NCBI GenBank assembly: GCA_041661345.1 | Contig: JBAZUO010000001.1 | Coordinates: forward strand, 11,298 to 75,297 | Direction: 5' to 3' | DNA length: 64,000 nucleotides | Source of the DNA: Candidatus Omnitrophota bacterium | GTDB lineage: Bacteria > Omnitrophota > Gorgyraeia > 2-01-FULL-45-10 | Part shown: piece after piece, positions 37,425-49,340 of the stretch | Layout of the letters: each line of letters starts with the position of its first letter | Position numbering within the stretch: the first letter of the stretch is position 1 | The notes under the pieces: generated by a model | What the model was told of the DNA's origin: nothing | Seen by the model: the letters and a program-made list of their open reading frames with translations, nothing else | The model's database searches: none | Position numbers and translations under genes: made by a program

Positions 37425-40039
37425 GCGTATATCCTTTCTATGAGTCGTTTCGTGTATATGATCTCTTCTTTCCGCGTCTTCAATTTACCGTCTATTTTGG
37501 CACACAGGACCCTATTAAGGATCACTTTATAATCCGGGCACGGTCTCAATCCCATGGCCTTGAGATCTTCGCCTCTCACGCTCGTCTTGACCCCGTTATA
37601 TTTGCGGTAAAAATCCCTCACCCTGGATTTCGCGGCCCTGGAAGCCGTACCCGCCATTATGAGCAATATCACTTCGAAAGATAGCGGCTCGAGTATCGTA
37701 TATGTACGACTTGGCTCGAGACTGCCGGAACCGGTGGCAAGCGCTTTCGTCACCCTGGCGGCATGTTTCTTATACGAAAGTATCCGAAGCCGCTCCCCTT
37801 TTCGGAACACGAACCTATCGCAGATCTTCGATACGTCATTATAGCTTAAATTCCCGAGCATCGCCATAAAGTATATGAGCCAAATATCGATTGCCCTCTT
37901 CTTGAAACTTGAATCGTTATACCAACGACAGGCTTCTTCGATGTTTTTATACAGCCTCACCATTTTTTCATTCAATTTAATGTTCGGATGCAGGAATCTG
38001 AGTTCGTCGAGTTGCGCCATTCTGCTTAAAGCCTTAAAAGGTTCATCTTCCTTTAATATAAGGATAATCTCATCACGGATACGCTGAGGCTCCACTTTGT
38101 CGAACATCTCTATCTTTATAGCATGCTTTACAAGATCCTCGGTATGGTTGTCGATCTTGAAACCGAATCTCTGCTCAAAACGCACAGCCCTGAAGATCCT
38201 GGTCGGATCATCTATGAAACTTGCGTCGTGCATTACCCTTATACGGGCGCTGGATAGGTCCCTCTCGCCCCCGAAAAAGTCTACCAGCTGGCCGAAGCTC
38301 GGCTTATTAAGGCTCACAGCCATCGCGTTTATCGTAAAGTCTCTGCGGACGAGATCGTCCTTTAGAGAGCTGAATTCGACTGTCGGCAAAGCAGCCGGCC
38401 TTTCGTACACCTCTTTCCTCGCCGTCGCAAGATCTATCTTAAGCCTGCCCTTGGTAACAACGGAACATGTTCCAAACCTTCTGTGAATTACCAGTGCGGC
38501 GTCTAATTTTTTCGCGATCACATGCCCCAATTTTATGGCATCCCCCTCGACAACTATGTCGAGATCGAGATTTTTGGCGCCCAGCATCAGATCCCTGACA
38601 AGCCCACCCACCACAAAGACGCTGTATCCGCGGGAATTGCCCTCACGGCCTATTTTCTTCAAAAGACCCATAATATCTTTCGGAAGTATCGCCGACATTT
38701 TTTTGGATATGTTAGATGTGATATTTTTCCTGACCTCTGACGGGACCGAGAAGGATGCGTCATAGACATTCTGCATGACCTTCGTCCTATTTATAACTCC
38801 TGCCAACCGCCGGCCCTTCAATACCGGGATAACACCGGCGTCTTCATCCATAACCGCCTTCTGGATGATATATAGAGGAGTCTGGGGCGTGACAGTTACG
38901 ACCCTGCCGGACATATATCCTTTTATCCGCGAGTGGCCAAAGCCGCGCTTTATGGCCTTATTCAACCCCTCGAGCGTTATCACACCTACGACCCTGCCCC
39001 TGACAATAACTGGCATTCCTCCAAGCCTCTCCTTCAATAAAATCTCTCTTGCATCATCAATTTTGACATTTGGGCTCATCGTCCTGACATTCCTCGACAT
39101 TATATCTTTTGCCCGGATATGTAATTTGATATTCTTCTCCAGAATATTTATAAGGGCGTTTCTGACAAAAGCGACATCTCTTCCGTGAACTTTCGCAGCA
39201 GCCGCGCCGGGATGGCCGCCTCCGCCGAAATGCGCCAGGATCTTATTCGCATCGACTGTGGGCACGGAACTGCGGCCAATTATATCTACCCTGTCATGCT
39301 GCGAACTTATCAGTACGAACAGGACCGGAATATTTTCTATCTCGGTCAATTTATGTATGATCGTCCCGAGTTCTCCGGTGTAGCTCTGGCTGTCTATCTC
39401 GGCGATCGATATACTGACACCTTTAATTTCGATCTTCTTTGTGATCGATATAAACTTCGTCAACAACGCAAGTTCGCCTTCCGACAGCTCCCTATTAAGA
39501 TAGCTTGAGACCATCGACAGGTTCGCGCCTTTAGAGAGAAGAAAACTGACCATATCAACATCAAGTTTAGTCGTCACCCTGTAAGTAAGGGATCCTGTCT
39601 CCTCGTATATCCCCAGAAGCATTATCGTGGCCTCGAGCGGAGTCACCCTGAAGCCCTTCCTCTTTATTATGTCCGCCAATATTGTGACCGTCGCGCCGAC
39701 CTCTTCGTAAATATCTTTATCCGCGACGATATCGTCTTTCGTTTTCGGGTGATGATCGTAGGCGTGAACCTCAACGCCCTTATCTATAAGCTCCGCGGCT
39801 ATGCCTATCCTGGACTTGTGGCGCGTGTCTACGAGAACGAGCCGCGTAACGTCATACAGCCGGCACTCGCGCTCCGATTCGAATACGACGAGCTCCTTCG
39901 CCAGGGAGAGAAACTCCCTCACGGCTTTCTCCTGCGATCCCGGAAGCATCAGCCGCGAGTTCGGATAGAGCTTCTTCGCCGCTACAAGTGATCCGAGCGC
40001 GTCAAAATCCGCGTTTATATGTGTCGTGATTAAATCCAT
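37421..40039 (-). CDS. DHH-DHHA1 / tandem CBS / poly(A) polymerase-CCA-adding nucleotidyltransferase fusion protein
   Basis: 872 aa. N-terminal DHH (HINADFDALGS, GGGGHPGAA), a CBS pair, then VVGGLVRDLMLGAKNLDLDIVVEG and RRDFTINAMA of the PolA/CCA head domain. Confidence 0.85.
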   Translation of the reverse strand: MDLITTHINADFDALGSLVAAKKLYPNSRLMLPGSQEKAVREFLSLAKELVVFESERECRLYDVTRLVLVDTRHKSRIGIAAELIDKGVEVHAYDHHPKTKDDIVADKDIYEEVGATVTILADIIKRKGFRVTPLEATIMLLGIYEETGSLTYRVTTKLDVDMVSFLLSKGANLSMVSSYLNRELSEGELALLTKFISITKKIEIKGVSISIAEIDSQSYTGELGTIIHKLTEIENIPVLFVLISSQHDRVDIIGRSSVPTVDANKILAHFGGGGHPGAAAAKVHGRDVAFVRNALINILEKNIKLHIRAKDIMSRNVRTMSPNVKIDDAREILLKERLGGMPVIVRGRVVGVITLEGLNKAIKRGFGHSRIKGYMSGRVVTVTPQTPLYIIQKAVMDEDAGVIPVLKGRRLAGVINRTKVMQNVYDASFSVPSEVRKNITSNISKKMSAILPKDIMGLLKKIGREGNSRGYSVFVVGGLVRDLMLGAKNLDLDIVVEGDAIKLGHVIAKKLDAALVIHRRFGTCSVVTKGRLKIDLATARKEVYERPAALPTVEFSSLKDDLVRRDFTINAMAVSLNKPSFGQLVDFFGGERDLSSARIRVMHDASFIDDPTRIFRAVRFEQRFGFKIDNHTEDLVKHAIKIEMFDKVEPQRIRDEIILILKEDEPFKALSRMAQLDELRFLHPNIKLNEKMVRLYKNIEEACRWYNDSSFKKRAIDIWLIYFMAMLGNLSYNDVSKICDRFVFRKGERLRILSYKKHAARVTKALATGSGSLEPSRTYTILEPLSFEVILLIMAGTASRAAKSRVRDFYRKYNGVKTSVRGEDLKAMGLRPCPDYKVILNRVLCAKIDGKLKTRKEEIIYTKRLIERIYA

Positions 40040-40050
40040 CTATCCTATCC

Positions 40051-40454
40051 TAATTTTTACGGGTCCTGCCGCGACCTCGTCTTTTCTTTTTAGGGCTCGC
40101 ACGGGGTTCACAATAGATGAGTGAAACTCATGTTGTGTCTGTATGCCCGCCAGGATTGCCTGCAACAGGACTATTATAATTAGGGCGCGGGCTTACTATT
40201 ATGCAATCCTAAGCGGCGGGCACCCCCATCCCATGCTCGCCTCAATCAAGAAAAGCCTTCAGTCGCGTCACCCGTAAAATTTCCTGTCTGCATATCCCAG
40301 TAAAATTTTTCGCATCGCCAAAAATGTGATGTGGCGATGTGGTTTGTGAGGGCCTTAAAATTGGCCGGCAGGGTCCGGACAATTTTACGCAAGCGCGATT
40401 TTTACATGGCTAAAAATCGCGCGTCCCGAACAAACCACTCGACACAGCACATTC
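40051..40454. repeat. R1 structured intergenic repeat, copy A
   Basis: Aligns block by block with 48901..49322 and 57074..57472. It fills the gap between the xerD stop and the start of the preceding fusion gene. Confidence 0.8.
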
Positions 40455-40478
40455 GGCTGCTGTATCGAAAAATTTTCC

Positions 40479-41366
40479 CTACCCCCTCGGGTGAAACTGT
40501 TTGTGAATCGACTTTAACCGAGTCCTGTCTATATGCGTATATAATTGCGTCGTCGAGATATCCGCATGGCCCAGCATCTCCTGCACGACCCTTAAATCCG
40601 CGCCTTTCTCGAGAAGGTGTGTGGCGAAACTGTGCCTCAATGTGTGCGGCGTTATCTCTTTTTTAATACGCGCTTTGCGTGCGCATCGCTTTATCATCTT
40701 CCAGAATGACTGTCTTGATATCTTTTTACCGAGCCGCGATAAGAAGAGATGCGGGTCCTGTTTATTTTTAAGAAGCTTGGGCCTTACCCTTTCCAAATAT
40801 TTAGCGGCCGCCTCTTTGGCAGATCTTCCTATCGGAACTATCCTCTCTTTGTCACCCTTACCCTTGCACTTTATGAATCCCATATCCAGATTCAGCCCTT
40901 CCTTCGTGAGCTCCACTATCTCCGACACCCTCATCCCGGTCGCATACATAAGCTCAAGCGCCGCCTTGTCCCTTATGCCCATCCAGTCGCGTACATCGGG
41001 CGCATCTATAAGCTTGTCGACTTCGGCGATATTCAATACCGCCGGCAGATGGCGTATGAGTTTGGGGGATTCCAGGATCCCGGGGACATCGTCCTTGGCA
41101 AGGCGCTCCTGAATAAGGAATCTGTAAAACATCTTTATCGCAACGAGCGCTCTGGATATGGAATTGCCGGATATACCCTTATCCTTCAGATAAAGTAAAT
41201 AGCTCATTATATCCTGCCGCTTCACCTTATCTATATCTTTTACGCCTAGTAATTCGAGGCGTTGTATAAAATGCGAGAGGTCCGTCCCGTACGAGGTGAT
41301 CGTATTTTTACTTAAACCCCGTTCAACCGACAGATAATTCAGGAACTCTTCCAATAGCATTTTCAT
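40479..41366 (-). CDS. xerD: site-specific tyrosine recombinase XerD
   Basis: 295 aa with N-terminal FLNYLSVERGLSKNTITSYGTDL and C-terminal HTLRHSFATHLL...LGHADISTTQLYTH. Confidence 0.85.
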   Translation of the reverse strand: MKMLLEEFLNYLSVERGLSKNTITSYGTDLSHFIQRLELLGVKDIDKVKRQDIMSYLLYLKDKGISGNSISRALVAIKMFYRFLIQERLAKDDVPGILESPKLIRHLPAVLNIAEVDKLIDAPDVRDWMGIRDKAALELMYATGMRVSEIVELTKEGLNLDMGFIKCKGKGDKERIVPIGRSAKEAAAKYLERVRPKLLKNKQDPHLFLSRLGKKISRQSFWKMIKRCARKARIKKEITPHTLRHSFATHLLEKGADLRVVQEMLGHADISTTQLYTHIDRTRLKSIHKQFHPRG

Positions 41367-41983
41367 ATCAGAAATGGATTCTCTTTCTTCTCCCGCCCGA
41401 TAGTCGAACTATCGCCATGGCCGGGGTAGATCGTTGTGTCGTCGGGCAACGCAAGCAGCTTCTCATGCATTGACCTGTAGAGCGCTTCTTCGTCGCCATA
41501 GTCAAAATCGGTCCTTCCGACAGCGCCGCAAAAAAGCGTATCTCCCGAAAATAGCACGTCTCCCAATTTAAGCGATATCGACCCCGGAGTATGGCCCGGG
41601 GTATGCAATACTCTGAATGTGAGATCGCCTAATTTTATCCGGTCGCCATCCTCCAGGAGCCTCGACGCTTCGGGAGAAGTGACCTTAAAGAAAAAAGAGC
41701 TCGAGAGATTCAAATCGGCGTTCTTAAGGAAGTCCTTGTCAAGCTTATGAATATATATTGGACAATCGAAAAAACCGTTGCCGGCTATGTGGTCGCCGTG
41801 CCCGTGCGTGTTTATGATAAATTTAAGTTTGAAACCGTTTTTGGTTATGTAATTTTTTATCTCACATAAACCGGCACCCGGATCGATAAGGCAGGCCTCT
41901 TTAGTGCTATCATCCACCACAAGATAGCAGTTTACCGCCATCGGCCCTACTATAAATTTTTTAATCAGATATTCGGACGACAC
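41363..41983 (-). CDS. MBL-fold metallo-hydrolase (glyoxalase II-like)
   Basis: HGHGDHIAGN and HTPGHTPGS motifs. The start is uncertain: the longest ATG ORF reaches 42058 but overlaps the upstream gene by 98 nt. GTG 41983 or ATG 41941 fit homologue N-termini (IKKFIVGPMAVNCYLV) better. Confidence 0.75.
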   Translation of the reverse strand: MSSEYLIKKFIVGPMAVNCYLVVDDSTKEACLIDPGAGLCEIKNYITKNGFKLKFIINTHGHGDHIAGNGFFDCPIYIHKLDKDFLKNADLNLSSSFFFKVTSPEASRLLEDGDRIKLGDLTFRVLHTPGHTPGSISLKLGDVLFSGDTLFCGAVGRTDFDYGDEEALYRSMHEKLLALPDDTTIYPGHGDSSTIGREKKENPFLI

Positions 41984-42539
41984 TTTTGGGCTCACTCGTT
42001 GGTTCCTCCCCGGAGGCGACCGGCTGAAAAGCGGGGGTCGTCTTGGCATCGTCTTCAAAGCTCTTTTTCAGGAAATCCTTCACTTTTCTGTATGCAAAGC
42101 ATTTAGTTATCAGGCGGTCTTCACGCTCGAGTATCCGCAATACATAACCCGCATTCGCTTTTGTCAGCTCAGTATTTATTATCGTCCCCTTCACCGTGAT
42201 AAGCCTCTGGATGTGCGATTCCATTTCCTTGCCCTTCTCTGGCACCAACATATTCTGCATGTCCTGCAGATTCGATATTATCTGGTCTATGCATAACAAA
42301 TCCTTCTTGCGGTTCTGTCCAAGGACCTGAATCAGCTCGGATTGCCACGATTCCCAGTATGCATAATGCTTCTTATATAATTCAGGCGTGGGTTTTTTCT
42401 CATATTTCTTGACCTGATACAAACGCGGTGCCTTGACGGTCTTTTTAGGCTTACGCCTGAACTTCTTGGACAGGGCTTCGCAGCCTGTCAGATTCGCCAG
42501 CATAAAGAACACAAGGATCCACGATATCGTTCTTCTCAT
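41961..42539 (-). CDS. hypothetical lipoprotein
   Basis: 192 aa with signal peptide and lipobox MLANLTGC. I recognise no other motif. Confidence 0.6.
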   Translation of the reverse strand: MRRTISWILVFFMLANLTGCEALSKKFRRKPKKTVKAPRLYQVKKYEKKPTPELYKKHYAYWESWQSELIQVLGQNRKKDLLCIDQIISNLQDMQNMLVPEKGKEMESHIQRLITVKGTIINTELTKANAGYVLRILEREDRLITKCFAYRKVKDFLKKSFEDDAKTTPAFQPVASGEEPTSEPKSVVRISD

Positions 42540-42540
42540 C

Positions 42541-45280
<2,740 letters not shown>

Positions 45281-45331
45281 CAGCAGGGCCTTGTGTAAAA
45301 TTTTTAAAGCTTAAACGAAGTTTCAAAAGAA

Positions 45332-45408
45332 TGGTCGGGGCGGACGGATTTGAACCGTCGACCTCTTGGTCCCGAACCAAGCGCGCTAGCCAGCTGCGCT
45401 ACGCCCCG
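45332..45408 (-). tRNA. tRNA-Pro (anticodon CGG), CCA encoded
   Basis: The reverse complement is CGGGGCGTAGCGCAGCTGGCTAGCGCGCTTGGTTCGGGACCAAGAGGTCGACGGTTCAAATCCGTCCGCCCCGACCA. It forms a clean cloverleaf with a 7-bp acceptor stem, anticodon loop TTCGGGA and T-loop GGTTCAAATCC. Confidence 0.93.
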
Positions 45409-45467
45409 TGAAATTTGCGATAGCAAATTTCATCCCGAGATTGCGACGCATAGGAGCAATCGAGGGA
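45406..45467. repeat. R3 double-hairpin element, copy 2 (abuts the tRNA-Pro 5' end)
   Basis: CGTGAAATTTGCGATAGCAAATTTCATCCCGAGATTGCGACGCATAGGAGCAATCGAGGGAT. Confidence 0.6.
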
Positions 45468-45486
45468 TTAACTATTGCTAGTTAAC

Positions 45487-45515
45487 ATAATAACATATAA
45501 GATAATCATCGGCAA
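45487..45515 (-). promoter_or_regulatory. candidate promoter for tRNA-Pro (TTGCCG-17 nt-TATTAT on the minus strand)
   Basis: -35 at 45510..45515 and -10 at 45487..45492. Confidence 0.3.
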
Positions 45516-45517
45516 TT

Positions 45518-45552
45518 AAAAAAACCCCCAGGCTTTGAGAAGGCCCGGGGGG
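45518..45552 (-). terminator. rho-independent terminator after the TIGR04073-like gene
   Basis: The minus strand reads CCCCCCGGGCCTTCTCAAAGCCTGGGGGTTTTTTT. The 9-bp stem includes a G-U pair that forms only in the minus sense, followed by U7. Confidence 0.65.
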
Positions 45553-45576
45553 ACAAGAAATCCATTACTGCCGTTT

Positions 45577-45912
45577 TTACCACATCTGATCTTCGAAAAA
45601 GAACTCGGGATCATTCAATATCGGCTCATAATCCTTAGGTATGGGGAGCGGAAAGCTGACCACTTCGTATAATCCCACCGCCGCACGTACAATTACCATG
45701 GAAAAACCTTTCAATACCCCGACGCTAATCGCCGCAAAAGGGCCGTCGGTGTTATTCACCTTCGACACCTGATTAACAAATTCATATGGAGATGTCACAA
45801 CATTGCATACACCCCTGCCCAATTTTACTAATGCGTCATCGCAATAAACCGTATTCGCGAGACCAATCGTTAATATAAATATCAGTCCTGCCAAAACTAG
45901 CTTCTTTGACAT
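45577..45912 (-). CDS. small secreted protein resembling the exosortase-system-associated TIGR04073 family
   Basis: 111 aa with a signal peptide, then KLGRGVCNVVTSPYE and GLYEVVSFPLPIPKDYEP, recalled from memory of that family. Confidence 0.55.
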   Translation of the reverse strand: MSKKLVLAGLIFILTIGLANTVYCDDALVKLGRGVCNVVTSPYEFVNQVSKVNNTDGPFAAISVGVLKGFSMVIVRAAVGLYEVVSFPLPIPKDYEPILNDPEFFFEDQMW

Positions 45913-45975
45913 GCCCTACCCCCTTGGTTAGTCAAAATATATCACAATACGGTCCGCTTTTCAAATTTATTTGAT

Positions 45976-46617
45976 CTAAAAGCCATTCCGCTTTAAATAC
46001 TCTTCGGTAATGGAGGTTTTGTTCCTCAGCTCATCCAATTTCGCGATATATTTCCCGAGGATATCAAATTCAAGATTTACCATATCACCGGCATGTTTCG
46101 ATCCGAGATTCGTCATCTTTAAGGTATGAGGAATTATATAAACCCTGAAATTACCGGGGCCCGTCTCTCCGACTGTGAGGCTCACCCCGTCGACCGTTAC
46201 CGAACCCTTTTCAACTACAAGGGCGGCGTATCCTGCCGGAAATTCTACCGTTATCGACGACTCTCCGGGACAATCGTTTTTTATTCGCACTATCCGCCCC
46301 GCGCAATCGATATGCCCCTGCACAAAATGGCCGCCGAGCGGTTCACCCGCCCTGATCGAGCCTTCCAGATTTACGCGATCCCGGATCTTCAGCTGACTCA
46401 ACCCGGATCTCTCTACAGTCTCTTCCATCACATCGAATGCGATTGCCTTATCCCGTTTTTCAATAAGCGTAAGGCAAATACCATTAACTGCAATGCTATC
46501 TCCGATCTTCGCATCCTTAATGACCTCGGAGGATTCCAACTCGAGCCTCCTGACGAAACCCCTGGCCCTTTCAAACCTTCGTACGACGCCCACCTCTTTT
46601 ATGATGCCTGTAAACAT
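45976..46617 (-). CDS. ribE: riboflavin synthase (alpha chain)
   Basis: 213 aa starting MFTGII.EVG, with duplicated lumazine-binding repeats (GDSIAVNGICLT / GSVTVDGVSLT). Confidence 0.92.
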   Translation of the reverse strand: MFTGIIKEVGVVRRFERARGFVRRLELESSEVIKDAKIGDSIAVNGICLTLIEKRDKAIAFDVMEETVERSGLSQLKIRDRVNLEGSIRAGEPLGGHFVQGHIDCAGRIVRIKNDCPGESSITVEFPAGYAALVVEKGSVTVDGVSLTVGETGPGNFRVYIIPHTLKMTNLGSKHAGDMVNLEFDILGKYIAKLDELRNKTSITEEYLKRNGF

Positions 46618-47636
46618 TACGCTGCCTCTAGTTCCAGTAAAATATCGTTCTTGAATCTTCTAATTTTAATATTCTTCAATGTAACAGCATCGGCAATTCT
46701 TCCGGCTCCGACGCCTTCGACCGATGTAACCGCGTCACGTCCGCCGATTATCTTCGGCGCTATGAAGAACAGGAACCGGTCGACAAGTTTATCCTCTATT
46801 AAACTTGCGGCGAGTTCGCCGCCGCCTTCCACCAGAATATTTGCTATCTGAAGACGGGCAAGTTCCTTTAATAGCCGCTTTAAATCAACCCTGCCCGTTC
46901 TCGATCTTGCCAGTATGACCTGCGGCTTTTTAGTGCCTAAAAAGATCCTTGCGTTTACCGGAATTTTTCGCCTTCCGCAGACCACGATCCTCAATGGCTG
47001 CCTCACGGATCCCTTAGCCAATAGCTTTGGGTCATCGGTAATAACTGTGCTGGCCCCCACCATCACAGCATCGGACTTGGCGCGAAGGCGGTGAACATAA
47101 CGCCTGGCGTCTTCCGAAGTAATCCACTTAGAATCGCCGGTCCTCGCAGCAATCTTTCCGTCAAGGGATTCGGCGATTTTCAATGTCACATACGGCATAT
47201 TTTTCGTTATAAATTTTATGTAGGGCTTATTCAAGGATTGCGCCTTACTCTTTAAAATATTGACCCGGGTTTCGACCCCGCTTTGTTTAAGCCTTTTCAT
47301 GCCGCGCCCGTTATTGACAGGATTCGGATCCTTCATCGCCGCGACAACTCTTCGCAATCCACTCCTGATAATAGCATCGGTGCACGGCGGTGTATGGCCG
47401 AAATGGTCACACGGCTCCAGGGTCACATACATCGTGGCGCCTCTGGCATGCCGTCCGGCGTCTTTTATAGCGTTCACCTCGGCATGAGCCGATCCGCATT
47501 TTTTATGATAGCCTTTCCCGACTATGCGGCCGTTCTTCACTATGACCGCGCCGACCATCGGGTTCGGGCTGGTACGTCCCTCGGCATTCTTCGCCAGGCC
47601 GAGCGCCAGGCCCATATATTTTTCATCTATGTTCAT
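46617..47636 (-). CDS. ribD: bifunctional diaminohydroxyphosphoribosylaminopyrimidine deaminase / 5-amino-6-(5-phosphoribosylamino)uracil reductase
   Basis: 339 aa with the deaminase motifs HAEVNAI and PCDHFGHTPPC, then a reductase domain. Confidence 0.92.
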   Translation of the reverse strand: MNIDEKYMGLALGLAKNAEGRTSPNPMVGAVIVKNGRIVGKGYHKKCGSAHAEVNAIKDAGRHARGATMYVTLEPCDHFGHTPPCTDAIIRSGLRRVVAAMKDPNPVNNGRGMKRLKQSGVETRVNILKSKAQSLNKPYIKFITKNMPYVTLKIAESLDGKIAARTGDSKWITSEDARRYVHRLRAKSDAVMVGASTVITDDPKLLAKGSVRQPLRIVVCGRRKIPVNARIFLGTKKPQVILARSRTGRVDLKRLLKELARLQIANILVEGGGELAASLIEDKLVDRFLFFIAPKIIGGRDAVTSVEGVGAGRIADAVTLKNIKIRRFKNDILLELEAA

Positions 47637-48459
47637 GTAAAATTTTTTCCGATTCCGCTCTCAACTTTTCAACAATCTCATATGGCACCCTGACGGTTCC
47701 TATGAGCGGCCTGCCCTTTCCCATGCCGTGACAATCCGAACCTCCGGTTATCAATAGGCCGTTCTCCTCAGCTATTTTTTTGTAATGCTCCCGGACGCTA
47801 GGCTTATGATCGGTGTGATATACCTCTATTCCTCTCAAGCCGCATTCTATCAGCTCCTGGATGTAATCGTCCCTCTTCATCGTGTTGGGATGGGCGAGGA
47901 CCGGCACGCCGCCGACTTTAAGTATCATATCGATCGCTTCTCTGGGCGTAAATCTCACATTCGAAACGTAGCATGGCCGCATAAAACCGATATATTTTTC
48001 AAATATCTCTTTATAATTACGGACCTTTTTCGTCTTCAACATCGCTTGTGCCACATGGAGCCTGCCAACTGTGCCTATACCGGCAAGTTTAAATACGTCG
48101 TCAGCTTCTATCGCGATACCCGCGCCTTTGAGCTTATCAACCATTTTATATATACGCTCTTTTCTGGACGCTTGAAGTGCTTTAAGTTTTTCCTGAAACC
48201 ATTCTTTGGTCCAGTCTATAAAATATCCAAGCAGGTGTATCTCGGCCTCTTCCTTCTCGACCGTCAGCTCTATGCCCGGAACGACCTCTATACCCAGCGG
48301 CCCGGCAATTTTGCGGCACGGTTCTATGCCGTTGATCGAGTCATGATCGCATATCGCTATCGCCGACAGGCCCTTCTCATGCGCGTGCGAAATAACCTCT
48401 TCCGGTGAAAATGTGGAGTCGGAGTAGAACGTATGTATATGAAGATCAGCGTATTTCAT
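47623..48459 (-). CDS. PHP domain-containing phosphoesterase
   Basis: 278 aa starting MKYADLHIHTFYSDS, with AICDHD and GGSDCHG. Confidence 0.8.
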   Translation of the reverse strand: MKYADLHIHTFYSDSTFSPEEVISHAHEKGLSAIAICDHDSINGIEPCRKIAGPLGIEVVPGIELTVEKEEAEIHLLGYFIDWTKEWFQEKLKALQASRKERIYKMVDKLKGAGIAIEADDVFKLAGIGTVGRLHVAQAMLKTKKVRNYKEIFEKYIGFMRPCYVSNVRFTPREAIDMILKVGGVPVLAHPNTMKRDDYIQELIECGLRGIEVYHTDHKPSVREHYKKIAEENGLLITGGSDCHGMGKGRPLIGTVRVPYEIVEKLRAESEKILHEHR

Positions 48460-48472
48460 TTGGAAAGGCTCA

Positions 48473-48889
48473 TTATGTTTTCCTCGCCTCTTTCTTATTT
48501 ATACTGTCCAATACGCCGTTGACGAACTTTCCGGAATCCTTATCACCATATCTCTTGGCGATATCGATCGCCTCATTTATTGAAACCTTCGGCGGTATCT
48601 CCTCCATGTAGAGAAGCTCATAGGTCGCGAACCTCAAAATATTTCTATCTATAACCGCCATTCTCTTGAGCTGCCAATTCGTCGTATGGCTCGATATTAG
48701 CTCATCGATCGCTTTACTGTTATTGGCCACACCCAGGACAAGTGCATCGGCAAATGTCTCGATCTCCCTATCAGCCTCGTCGTGGTTCTTCCAGAACGTG
48801 TCTATACATTTCTTAGGCTCGTCTCCTGTGATATCTATCGCGTACAGTATCTTCAACGCGCATTCCCGCGCCTTCGTCCGCTTTCGCAT
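48473..48889 (-). CDS. nusB: transcription antitermination factor NusB
   Basis: 138 aa with [26 protein letters not shown] and the EAIDIAKRY tail. SD AAGGAG at 48895..48900. Confidence 0.92.
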   Translation of the reverse strand: MRKRTKARECALKILYAIDITGDEPKKCIDTFWKNHDEADREIETFADALVLGVANNSKAIDELISSHTTNWQLKRMAVIDRNILRFATYELLYMEEIPPKVSINEAIDIAKRYGDKDSGKFVNGVLDSINKKEARKT

Positions 48890-48900
48890 AACGTCTCCTT

Positions 48901-49322
48901 AGATTTTCCGGGTCCTGCCGCGACCTCGTCTTTTCTTTCTAGGGCTCGCATGGGGTTCACTATCAAGTAGTGTTATCCACGGTGTGTCTGTATGCCCACC
49001 AGGATTACCTCCGAGAACGACGTCCTATATAGCCATAGATTTGTGGGGATGTAATCCTAAACGGCGGGCACCCCTATCCCATGCTCGCCCATACGCGAAA
49101 AGTCCTCGGTCGCGTCACCCGTAAAATTTCCTGCCCACACCTCAGTAAAATTTTTCGATTCCTTCGATAATGTGATGTGACGATGTGGTGAGCAGGGCCT
49201 ACAATTTTTTATGGCTTGGTCCGCTGGCTAAAGGATAGCGGCGGCATAAAAAATTTTACGGAGCGAGGACTGCCGCTGGAGCAGTCCGAGCGTCCCTGCG
49301 AACCACTCGACACAGCACATTC
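48901..49322. repeat. R1 structured intergenic repeat, copy B
   Basis: Fills the ribH-nusB gap. It has the same block order as copies A and C, with divergent hairpin loops and a compensatory stem change. Confidence 0.8.
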
Positions 49323-49340
49323 TTGTAAAAACAAAAAATT

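Noticed and set aside
40051-41366. xerD next to R1 copy A as an integrative element or dif-like site
   Set aside because: XerD here has the normal housekeeping features and is translationally coupled (4-nt overlap) to the downstream MBL hydrolase. I found no 28-nt dif-like palindrome (central hexamer flanked by 11-nt arms) in R1. The other R1 copies have no recombinase neighbour.
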